Made by a program: the position numbers and the translations under genes. A stretch of 62,000 nucleotides of DNA, the filler included, from Thelocarpon superellum (taxonomy: Eukaryota): NCBI GenBank assembly GCA_026025795.1. It is 2 parts of 2 records of this genome, joined end to end, with 100 filler letters (N's around TTAATTAATTAA, not from the genome) between each part and the next. Parts side by side here need not be neighbours in the genome. Positions count along the whole stretch, not along the records: positions 1 to 30,961 come from JAPEUG010000195.1; 1 more part is not named here. One strand, 5' to 3'. The first letter of the stretch is position 1, and each line of letters opens with the position of its first letter. Under the pieces are notes generated by a model that made no database searches, was not told the DNA's origin, and saw nothing but the letters and a program-made list of their open reading frames with translations. Shown here one piece after another: positions 12,412 to 25,128 of the stretch.

Positions 12412-12623
12412 AACCTGAGATGGCCATTCATCTCCTTCATCATGGCTCCGCTTGCAAGGTAGTCCTGCACAGGCGTATGCGAGGAATCTTGAGTCGTGGG
12501 TTTCTCGATGCAACAGGGCTGAATATGTCGTAGCGCAAGAGCATGTCTATCGGACGGAGAGCTCTTCCGCGCCTCTACTCCGCCCAGATCGGTACCTCTA
12601 GACACACTCGTCAGCAACGCCCA

Positions 12624-14455
12624 ATGGACTCCGCCAAGGACTTTCTATCGTTTGTCAATGCCTCTCCGACTCGTGAGTAACTCATGAGCACAGTCGCCGG
12701 TGCCTCTCCGGACAAGTCGTAACTATGTCGTAGCGTTCCATGCCGTGGACTCGGCCCGGAAGCAATTGATTGATGCCGACTTTCAAGAGATCCGGGTAAT
12801 GACTTCCCTGCGGCATATGCCTGGCTCCGTTCTTCTGATTCATGAGATAGGAGCGAGATCCTTGGTCACAGGTCGTCCAGCCCGGAGGGAAATACTACTT
12901 GACGCGCAATGGGTCGTCCATCGTGGCCTTTGCCGTCGGCAAGAAATGGAAGGTACGCAAGTCCGCCTCGAGGGCAACGCCATCATTCGAAGATATCGCT
13001 GACATGAGCAGGCGGGCAACCCGATTGCCATGATCGGTGCCCACACGGACTCGCCCTGCCTCCGAATCAAACCCGTCAGCAAGAAGCAGAATGACGGCTT
13101 CCTGCAAGTCGGCGTGGAGACCTATGGCGGAGGTCTCTGGCATACATGTGCGTACTACTTGACACCTTCACGGCGAACACAGCTGACCGACTTGACAGGG
13201 TTTGACCGCGACTTGAGCATTGCGGGCCGGGTGATGGCGAAGACGAGCGAAGGGGCCTTTCTGCAGAAACTGGTCAAGGTCGACAAACCCAGTATGTATC
13301 ATGTCTCCAGCACCAGACCAACCGAGTCTAACGTCACCAGTCCTCCGCGTGCCGACTCTCGCCATCCACCTGCAACGTCAGGATACATTTGAGTTCAACA
13401 AGGAGACGCAGCTCTTCCCCATCGCGGGACTCATGGCAGCGGAGCTCAACCGGGCCGGACCCAGCGCCGACAGCAAAGCCAGAGAGGCAGAAGCGACGCC
13501 CGATGCGTCCTTCAGGCCGCTCAAGGCGCTGACCGAACGCCACCACCCTCGACTGCTAGAGATAGTCGCCGCAGAGGCCGGCGTCGCACCGGGCGACATC
13601 GCCGACTTTGAGCTGGTGCTCTACGACACGCAACGATCCTGCATCGGCGGACTCAACGACGAGCTGATCTTCTCCGCGCGTCTCGACAACCTCATGATGT
13701 CCTTCTGCGCGGTGCATGGACTGATCGACTCCGTCGAGTCGTCGTCCGCCCTCGACGACGAGCCCAGCATTCGACTGATCTCACTCTTCGACCACGAGGA
13801 GATTGGCAGCCGGTCCGCGCAAGGCGCCGACTCGAATCTGCTTCCGGGCGTGATCCGCCGTCTCTCCGTGCTCTCGCCCCCACCGGCCGCCAAATCCAAG
13901 AGCTCTGCCCCCGCAGCCAAAGAAGACATCAGCACCGCCTACGAGCAGACGCTGTCCAGCTCCTTCCTCGTCTCGGCGGACATGGCGCACTCCGTGCACC
14001 CAAACTACGGGGCGAAGTACGAGTCGGACCACCGGCCCGAAATGAACAAGGGCGTCGTGATCAAAATCAACGCCAACGTGCGCTACGCCACCAACTCGCC
14101 TGGCATCGTGCTGCTGGAGGAAGTGGCGCGGCGCGCGCGCTCCACCCGCCCCAGCTCCACCTCTGGCACGCCCACCTCGTCCTCCTCATCCTCCTCCTCC
14201 CCTTCCGCAACAGGAACAGGCGTACCCCTCCAGCTCTTCGTCGTCCGCAACGACGCCTCGTGCGGCAGCACCATCGGGCCCATGCTGTCCGCCGCGCTGG
14301 GTACCCGCACCCTCGACCTCGGCAATGCCCAGCTCAGCATGCACAGTATTCGCGAGACCGGGGGCGTGTATGACGTCGAGCATGCCATCAATCTCTTCGA
14401 GAGCTACTTCCGCCATTTCGCCGCCTTGGAGGCCAAGATTCTCGTCGATTCTTGA
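12624..14455 (+). CDS. APE4: Aspartyl aminopeptidase (peptidase M18), 5 introns; possible upstream in-frame start at 12543
   Basis: [75 protein letters not shown] and QLSMHSIRE motifs. Confidence 0.95.
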
Positions 14456-14728
14456 CGCCGTCGCTCGACCACGCGCCACGGCAACCGGCTCACGGCTCAC
14501 GGCTTGCCTTGTAGCTGGTGCCAATGTGTCTTGTTGTACTTGCGCTGCCATACAATATGAGATCCTACTTATACAGTGCACTCCCCATCCCCACTTCGTC
14601 GTCCATGGGCTAGAGTAGTTGCATGACAATCAACATCAAATCACGCCCTACGGGCTCCCCACCTACGGGCTCCGCATCCTCACTTCTCTCGTCGACCCTC
14701 TCCTCCCCTCGCTCTGCCGAGACTGAGG

Positions 14729-16720
14729 TCATCCCAAGAGCATCTTACGCGGATCCTCGATGAATTCCTTGACCTGTCGCGCGTGGGATAGTTAGACATG
14801 GCCAAGATGATCATCCACGAACATTCGAGAGAGTGATCCTTACCTTGACCAGGAACGTCACCGCCTCTCTACCATCCAGCAATCGGTGATCATACGTAAG
14901 CGCCAGATACATCATCTAGGGGACACATCAATTACAGCGTCCAGAATAGGGGTGGCAACCTCGGCGTGCTTGCATACCGGTCGAATCTCGACTTTTCCAT
15001 TAATTGCCACGGGCTTCTCCTTGATAGCATGAAGTCCCAACACCCCTGATGCTCATCAGTACTCCGCTCTCGAATCTAGTCAGGATAGCAAACGTACCGG
15101 TCTGAGGAAGATTGATAATTGGCGTCCCCATGAGCGACCCAAAGACACCGCCCTACAAGCCTCGTCAATGTCATGGTCGAGGCCTCAAATGAGACGCAGG
15201 TTACGGACATTACTGATGGTAAAGGTTCCTCCCGCCATGTCTTCGATCGTCAACTTGTTGTCGCGTGCCTATCTTCCAGGTTAGAGGGAATCAGTTTGTT
15301 GGATCTTGTAGAATGAAACCAACCTTCTTCCCGAGATCCGCGATCGACTTCTCAATCCCAACCATATCCATGGACTCAGCGTTGCGCACGACCGGAGTCA
15401 CGAGACCCTTCTCCGTCGCGACGGCGACGCTGATGTCGACATAATCCCGGTAGACGATCGTGTCCCCACCGTTGGGCCCTTCAATGGAGGCATTGGCCGC
15501 GGGGATCTCCTTCATGGCCAGCACGCAGGCGCGCGAGAAGGCACTCATGAAGCCGAGCTTCACACCCGTCTTCTTCAAGATCTCGTCTTTGTAGAGCTTC
15601 CGGAACTCCATGAGCGACGACATGTCCACTTCGTTAAATGTCGTGAGCGACGCCGCCGTGTTCTGGGACTGCTTCAAGCGCTCGGCGATTCGTAGACGCA
15701 TTCGATTCATCTTGACCTGTTTTATTGTGAGCTCAAGCACCCAGTCAAGGACACAGGTCTCTTTAAACATACCCGACGTTCTTCTCGGTCGCCTATAGAG
15801 ACTTTTGGACCGCTCGCCTTGCCTTCTGCTGGATGCGTCTCGTCCTTTGAGGGCTTTGGAGGTGGTGGAGCCGGTTGCTTCTGTGCCGCTGGCGCAGGCT
15901 TCTTCTCCGGCGGCGGCGGTGGGGGGCTTTCATCTTTGCTCTTTGACGGCTCGGGATCGGAGGATGTGGCTTGTTTGTCTGAAGCGGGCGATTTGGGTTC
16001 TTGCTTCGCCTCTTCCTTCGCGCCACCCTCTTTCGGCGCACCCCCAAGCTCCATCTTGACCAGGTCTTGTCCTACCGTGACGGTGTCTTCTTCATTGGCC
16101 AGAAATTCCTTGATCGTGCCAGCCTCGGGGGCATTGACGGCGACATCGATCTATTACCCGCACGCCTTCAGCGCCATCGTGGTCGTTGGAAGAGGCATCT
16201 CATACCTTGTCCGTCTCGATGGTCGCAATCTCCTCATCTTGCTCCACGAAATCACCAATCTCTGGGCATCCAGTCAGGACGCTGCGGTCACACGGGAGTG
16301 ACGGGATACTTACGCTTTGACCATTGTTTCAACGTGCCCTCGGTGATGGACTCGGCCATCTCCGGGACTTTGACCGTTTTGTCGGCTGGTAGGGCCTTGG
16401 TCAGCAGTAGGGAGACCCAATTGGACGACCTCCGTACCATAGTGTCGTCGTGCCTCCACTTGCGGCAATTGCAGCCATGAGGATCTAGCACGCTATATCA
16501 GCAACCAGCGCCGAGACAGTTGACGATGACTGCTCCCGTACCGTGACGTAAGACCTGGCAACGTCGATGTCGTCGGCCTCAGCAACGTCGAAGCATGACG
16601 GGCAATTGGCAGGCCATGGCGATTGGAAGAAGATATTGTTCTCGATGGTATTGGCAACCGCAGGGACCGCAACGGCGAGCCCATGTACGGGGACCGACGC
16701 AGGCAAGCTCGGCTTGCCAT
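14729..16720 (-). CDS. KGD2: 2-oxoglutarate dehydrogenase E2, dihydrolipoyllysine succinyltransferase; 10 introns
   Basis: Arg-rich mitochondrial presequence. Lipoyl domain [11 protein letters not shown]...[24 protein letters not shown], catalytic [12 protein letters not shown], and C-terminus [11 protein letters not shown]. Confidence 0.97.
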
Positions 16721-17251
16721 AGCTTGGCGATGACAATTCGTCGACGGCTGCCCCAAGAATGAATGCGAAGCGCAGGAAACTCGATGCAGATGAAAGCTGA
16801 CCGGACGGACTCCTAGGGAACGGAGCAATAGAAGACAACGACGGACAGAAGGAAGAGGAAGAAGTGGAGGATAGTTCCTACAAGCTCTGTACCGAGACGA
16901 CCGGCAACTCTCAAAGGCTTGACCCAAGAACGAGAACAACCTTCCCGGGGAGAGATTTGCGTAAATGGCGCTTGAGCACCGCCGGCCACCGTAAGCCACG
17001 GGATTGGCCAGCGCTACGGAGTGCTGCCGGCCAACCGAGCGCCCGCACAAGAACATCATCGACCTTGGCGAAGGCGGCCAAGAGTCGCGCGACCAACTCT
17101 TCTCAGGCCTGGATCTCTGGCCTCACCACCCGCTGGCCAAAGGGTGTGCGACCGGACGATCTCTTGCCGACCCAATTCTGTGCTTCGTGCATCCACAACA
17201 CGCATCTCACATCTTACATCCTCCGTTATTCCTGCGGCTCCATCAGTCAGG

Positions 17252-17763
17252 ATGGCCAATTCCCAGACCGTCTTGTACGTCTTTCGACGACCTAGACCAG
17301 TGCCTACCAGGTCTAATTGAACGATTAGGTCTCTATATCGCCGGTCACTCAAGCTCGCCTTGGATTGGTCCGTCCATCGTTACTTGTGGCGTGGTCAAGC
17401 TCTTTACATCCGCTCGCTGTTCGAAGCCAACCGCAACGTGACAGACCTACGACAGCGCAAGGTCGCACACTCCACGCAATCCCACCACGTGGACGACGCT
17501 GACGACGGTATACAGGCCCTCATTCAGGAGACGGAAAATCTCCTGCAGGACTGGAAGCATCCGGATCCATATGCCGCCCCGACCGCTCCCGGAGGTTAGG
17601 GAGACCCTCTCATCACGTCTGCCTGGATATCTAATGCTCGGATAGGATCAAAATATGAGAGAAATCTCCCACCGCATACTACCGACCGTGAGGATTGCCC
17701 GATACATGACCTGTCGACCATTCTACTAACATGCATATAGCTCCACCACACATGACGCTCTAG
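17252..17763 (+). CDS. NDUFB9: NADH:ubiquinone oxidoreductase subunit B22/NDUFB9 (LYR family); 4 introns
   Basis: Spliced product MANSQTVLSLYRRSLKLALDWSVHRYLWRGQALYIRSLFEAN...WKHPDPYAAPTAPGGSKYERNLP... Confidence 0.92.
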
Positions 17764-18131
17764 GGTCGCACATCTTCTCTGGGGTCTCGCGGCGTTCTCT
17801 TTGCGGATCATCACTGTGTATACGACCGAACTGGCGGAGAGCTGATATCATCATCACTCGTCCCATCGAATGTGACACTATGCTTCGTTCCTCGGATCCT
17901 CGCGGCACGTCTAGTTTGATATGGTATTTCGCGTTCCGTAATCTCATCCTTAACCCATACCTCCCACCTCCCCCCGGCGTGTCGCATCGCGCACCGTGCC
18001 CGCTCATCACAACAAACGCGCTCGAGTGAGGTCAATGGTGTTGGAGACTAGGAGTCTAAGTTCTCGGACAGTTGCCAAGTCACGGAACCGATCGATGAGG
18101 TGGATGCAAGTACGACAGACCAGATACGTCA

Positions 18132-18932
<801 letters not shown>

Positions 18933-19565
18933 TTTGATGGATGTGGACGGGTTGGAATGGACTCCGAAAAAGGATGAAGAGTCAAAGATGACTTGAGCCG
19001 AAGCTGAGGTGGTGGACGGGATGGGTGGTTTGGTGGAAGCTGTTGGATGGGTGTTGACACGAGAGATGGAAAGGAAGAGAAGAGAAGATAGCAGCGTGGG
19101 CGGCGGTGGGCCGTTTATAACTGCCCGCGGCTTGACGTAGAGCGGGCGCCAGATCAACCCTCCGCACCCTCCGCGCACTTGGAGCGCGAGCGAATCGTAG
19201 GTGGGACCGCTGGGTCGCCAGCCGCGCTGGCCAATCAGCGGCGGGCGCTGCTCGATTTTCCGCCGTGTTATGATCTCGCAAGCGTTCCCTCGCCCAAAGC
19301 GGACTAGGCGGCACGGCCAGCGTGGGCGAAGAAGCGACGGTGAGCGCGCACCGTCACCTTGGCCCCAGAATCACGCTCCACAATCGCCATCCTATAAGTA
19401 GCCTCGCTCCTCACCCACCGCCGCGCTCGCTCTTCTTCTTGCTTTCCATCTCTCCATCTCTCCACCCACCACCGCCGTCTCACTTCAGCTTCTTATCTCA
19501 CACGTCTCTTCGTGTCACTTCATCCACTTCCTCTTCCACGCCGATTCTCATCCATCACCGTCGAT
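18933..19565. promoter_or_regulatory. Bidirectional H2A/H2B promoter
   Basis: TATAAA on the minus strand at 19114-19119, TATAAG on the plus strand at 19393-19398 and CCAAT at 19231-19235. Pyrimidine-rich leaders precede both genes. Confidence 0.75.
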
Positions 19566-20170
<605 letters not shown>

Positions 20171-21494
20171 ATGGGTCGTCTCTCCGGGGTTGTGGGGTAG
20201 CGGGGATTTCTCCGATCTCATGCCGCGTTGATCACGATCTGATAATCTGCGGCGGCGGGGCGGGGCGGATCTGGTTGTGCGTGTGAGACGGAGCTTCCCA
20301 TGCCTGGGTGTTTCGCGGTCTTCTTTGATATCACGCGTCATGGGATGGTTCTGGCTCTTGGCTCTGGCTTTCGGGGGCACATGTCTTCACGGTCTGCGGT
20401 TTTGTTTTCTTACTTCTCCACCCATCCATCGGTGTCGTGAGTGTGAGAGGGAGAAGGAGAATTCTGAGGGCCTGTACAATACTACTAAAGCTCCTGAATG
20501 AACGGGCGAAACATGACCAACATGACATTTGACTCTCATCGCCGCATGGCCTCCATCACCATGATCAATCTCAGCGCCTGCCTTGATGATTTGTATCCAC
20601 GGCTTCAGTCTTGTGACGCGTCCGCCTGGATCAAAGTGAGACGCGCTTCGATGTTGTACAAGCCACGAGGATTCACCCGGTGGCAAGAGCAGTAAGAGCG
20701 AGTAGTCATCAACGCGCGATATACGGAATATGCATAATAGGCGCGTCGGCAGGAAGGAAGGAAGCACGAGCGATCGGACACTACTGCTCGTACTAGTGAC
20801 ATTTGTTTACCTCTTTTACGACCCGTGTCTGGCGGAGAGGGAGATTGCTGATCGTTGTATACGTGTCGGAATATTTACGGGCAGCCGCTAACTTTATACT
20901 AACCACGCCATTATCACCACATAACAGCGTACCGTTCAGGCGGTAACTGCGATGGTACTGCCCTGTCTGTGCATGTTCCTGTTGTACTCGACCACCATCT
21001 TCTATCTCTTGAATACATCATACGAGAGTGGCTGGAAAATGTCCGTAGATGGTTGACCACCTAAAGAACTCCAGAGTGTCAGTCAAAAGTGTCGGAAATA
21101 AATAAACCCGGGACCGCGTACAGTGGCAGCTAACAAAGGAAACTTTTTTTCTCGAATATAATATTAAATTGTCGAGTAAATATACAATATTATATTTTCC
21201 CAAATTCACGACCCCGTGAAAACGGTGCAATACGACTGGGTCGACTCACTGTTCTAAAGCTGTCTTTGAACCGGCCGGAGAATCTCACCTCACGTCGCCC
21301 TAAGCCTTCGGGGCGCCGATTTCAACCCACTCGCTCACCCTCTCTCAACTAGACACGGGCAGGTGCACCAAGTGTTCGGAGCGCCAATTCTGGCCCCCTC
21401 ACTGCCCCCTTTCTCCGACACAGGCAGGCGCCGCTCGGTCAATGGAAGCGCCCGCGACCCCCAATTCGTGGACCCACAAGCATTCCGTTGATAA

Positions 21495-21698
21495 AGCTAC
21501 TCTCCTAATATAAATGTCTATTCCCACACATCGAAGGAATATGATCGAGCTCGATTCGAGACTTTTCTACACTGGCTTTGGAATGTATACACCATCAAGA
21601 AGACCAGCACGGTGACGACCTACTGGCGTCAGCTGAGTCAGCTCTACATCATGGCGCACGATGATATTGCTCAAGCCATAGGGCTATGTTTGCCTTGA
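21495..21698 (+). pseudogene. Fragment resembling the N-terminal part of a DUF3435 tyrosine recombinase (Starship captain-like)
   Basis: Stop-to-stop frame with no ATG ahead of the motif, reading KEYDRARFETFLHWLWNVYTIKKTSTVTTYWRQLSQLYIM. This matches my recollection of the FLxW...IKKxSxxxTYWRxLxxLY block of DUF3435 proteins. No catalytic domain is seen downstream. Confidence 0.6.
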
Positions 21699-22582
21699 GT
21701 ATGGCAATGTTCTTTCAAGTACACCTATACCAGAGCCAAAAGGGGTTAACGGCGATGAATTTTATAGTCGAGCGTCCGGGTTTGGTGTCGTCGTCCGACG
21801 GCACTGTGGCTACGGCGGCCGGCGCGCACGTGAGGCGCCTTGCCCAATTCGAGCCCTCAAGTACCGGATGTAGTTCTGTTGAAGTCCAGGCCTCACATGG
21901 CATGCCCACGTGACCTAGCAAAATGCTTGTAGACCGTGTAATAGCCCACTCCACCCAGAGGGAAATGACAACGCAGAGAACAAGTAAGAAGGCCAGCACC
22001 CATAGGTGCGGGGCATCAAGATCTCGGCCCACCAACAGTTTCACCGACCTGCATTATAACCATTATTTAATTCGCCCTTCTCGCCTCCTGTCACGTCTAT
22101 CTTTAGCAATACGGTGGTATAATTTACTTTGACTGTTGGTACGTATTATTATTTACATTCTACGAAGGCAGTATCACCTATCTTCCGGAAGTTCCCGTAT
22201 CGAATGTCTTCTTGCCTTTGGCGGAGGGTGATGAAGCTTTGGATATGCGTAGAGAATTTGGTAATGCTCTATTTTTCGCCTCGTAAATATTTTCCTCGCA
22301 GTATACTCCATGCTTTGGAAAATCCTATGCGGGCGACAAACCCGTGAATCAATCCATATCTGACGTGCCTGATCCACGAAGAAGAAATACATTCTCCACA
22401 TGTTGATTGTAATGGCGCCCCCATATCTCGAAGCGAAGAAAAGGCGTGGAAAGCTTGTGCCGGGAAAGAGATGGTATATTTTATTCAACCGCCGCTCATT
22501 TCGCCGCGATAAGATCCGTCTAACCACATGCAACCTGACCGGAGGAGAAAGAGAGATGAACGATATGATAGAATGACTACGT

Positions 22583-24226
22583 TCATCCCGCCGGCCCGAC
22601 GTTGGCGTAGCTCTCGTCTGCAAGATCCTTGTCCTCATCCGAAGAGTTCTTGTCCTCGTCTGGGACTTTGATGTGTTCGTCCGCAAGATCCTTATGGTCG
22701 TCGACCAGGTCTCTCTCGTCGTCCTCGACTTCGATGCGACTGGCCGGGTGCTCAATGTTGTGATAGCTCCCGCTCACACTGCTGCTGCCAATTCCCTCGT
22801 CGTCGTCGTCGTCGAGGATCTCGACTTCATCCAAAGCTCCGGCGCGTTCGAGACCGTGGCCTAGCGTGGTCGGTGCGTTGTCCGCGACATGGATCACGGC
22901 CTTTCCCGAACCCGGCGCAGCTACCTGCCGACGCCATGACTTCCAGTCATCTTCATCGCGGATCAAAAATGCAATCAGCATGCTCGGATCCATCTCGCTG
23001 ATGTGTAGACGCCGTAACCGTCGCGTATGGCATGAATCTATCTCCTCGGCCGTATATCCTTCCGCTTGCTCGTGCAGGGGCAATGCCGGCCGTGTCTGGT
23101 GAGGGTCTAGGTAGAAGAAGTATGGACCTTGGACACCGATGAAATAATGTGATGACGATGGTCGGCCTCTAGAAACGGCATCAGAGGGAGTACTTTGGGG
23201 GAGATGATGAGAGCTTACCCCGCAATGCCGACGGATTGTGACATGAGCAGAGACGCCCGCAGTGCCTCCCAATAGACCGGGGTGACCCGGTCGATGCCGA
23301 GCCGGATGCCGACCAGCACCAGGGTTGGTTGGAAGCCCTTGCCATCCGGATTGGCGGCCTTCATGAGACTATCTTCGTAGACATCCGATCCGTCGCCCGT
23401 GATGTATACCCGCAGGCCCGATGATTCGTACCCGGTCGAGAGCGCCCTGGCTAGCGTCAACCTTGTAGTATGGGTGTGAGAAAGGACGGCTTACTGGATA
23501 CATTGTGCCGTGGCCGACGGACCAAACCATTCCCCAGGGTGCTTGCCACAAGACGTCGCCCCATGCTCGACGAACCGGTGTATTGAAAAGGGAGCGCGAG
23601 GATCGTCAGCGAAGAGCGAAATTATGTTCCGCTCCTCTCGCTCCCGAGAACCTCTTCTCCAATCTGGGAGAGGGTTAGCATGATATGTAGCGCGCGGGAG
23701 GTTTCCGGCTCAACTTGCCTCGACCGAGCCGGAGCAGTACGAGAGCATTGGCGAGGATGTTCTGTCCCGATCGGATCATGCAGCCCCAGCCGGTGTCGGA
23801 CGTGAAGCCGCCTTGTTCGAGCAACTGACTCCGCAGGCGCACGGTAAAGGTCATGGCGGCGGCAGCCTGAGGGTCGGGGGACTTGGGGATGGGAGGGAAG
23901 TTGGAGCGGTAGCTCAGCCATATTTTTGAGTCAAAATCGTCGAGGAAGGCCGTGGGCCAGCCACGATCTCGATCGCCTCTCGTCGTCTCATCGTACGCCA
24001 AGCCGTCCCCACTCTCTTGACTCGGCGGGTCGGATGGCGTCTGACTTGCCCCGGGCGCCGACGACTGTGAGGACCCGTTGCTGATCGGCCCGTGTTTGGA
24101 TGCGGCGGCATACTCTTGGCCCAGACACCAGATGGGTGGATGTGAGGCGTCGTCATTCCTAGGCTCTGGGTCCCAGAAGTACTGGACCATGCGCTTGTAC
24201 GGTCGGCCCAGGTCGACGCCTGTCAT
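22583..24226 (-). CDS. ATG4: Autophagy cysteine protease Atg4 (peptidase C54); 3 introns
   Basis: [32 protein letters not shown] (catalytic Cys), [25 protein letters not shown] (Asp/His) and [11 protein letters not shown]. Confidence 0.97.
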
Positions 24227-25128
24227 ACTGGATCTGCAGAGAGTACCGTGCCGTGGAGGAGAGGACCAGAGAGCTGGTCGAGTCAAGCGTCGAGGCGTGG
24301 CAAAGCTCCACCGCGCGACACTGCTATCGGCGGGCGTGGGTCTGATGACATAGCGATCACGCCGCAGATAATGGCTCCGCCTAGGCATTCGCCCCACCTA
24401 CTTACCATACCTATCCCACGAGCTGGTAGGCGAAACCAGCCTATACATGTCCCGCCCGGCCCTCACCTTCGCCTATCCGGACGTTGCCGCTCTACAAGTA
24501 GGTGGGAGAGCCAGGCGACGTTGGTGAACTGTCGCCCGACCCCAAAGTGAACCAAGGGTGCTCCGCGTGGGTCGATCCGCCCACGATTCTCCCTCGACGG
24601 TCGCGTCGACGCGTCGGCACTGTGGAGCCTAGTTTGGGGCTATGATTGTACAGGCGGAGCGGTCGCGACCGCCTGACACGAAGGCCCATAAGACGAGCGG
24701 GAAGCTTACCTAGGCTTTCTGCTGTAGGAAGACACCAGTCAAAGGGGCCCTCTGAGGCACCAAGAGCATCTAAACTTTGGTGGAAGAGCTGGGCATGCGC
24801 GGACCAGTTTCCGCCGGTTGTTCCGTTAGCGGAGCGAAGCGACCCCCGCGCCTACGACTACACTATCCGGCGTTTAGGCGTCTGTTCTGGTGGTGATCGG
24901 CCTCGAAGCGAGGCAACCAGTAACGAGTCACTCTGGAGGGATGACACAAATGACATCGCCCTCTGGAATATTCCGGCACGTTTCCACTCGTGATTACTCT
25001 CGCACAGATCCGGCGGCCAAAGATGTCGAGGCTACCGTCAGCGCACTCGACGCATAGCTCTGGCTTCGTTGTTCACGCTGCGCAGTCACTTCTTCCGTAA
25101 TCGAGGGATCTGTCTGTTTTCCTCCGCG

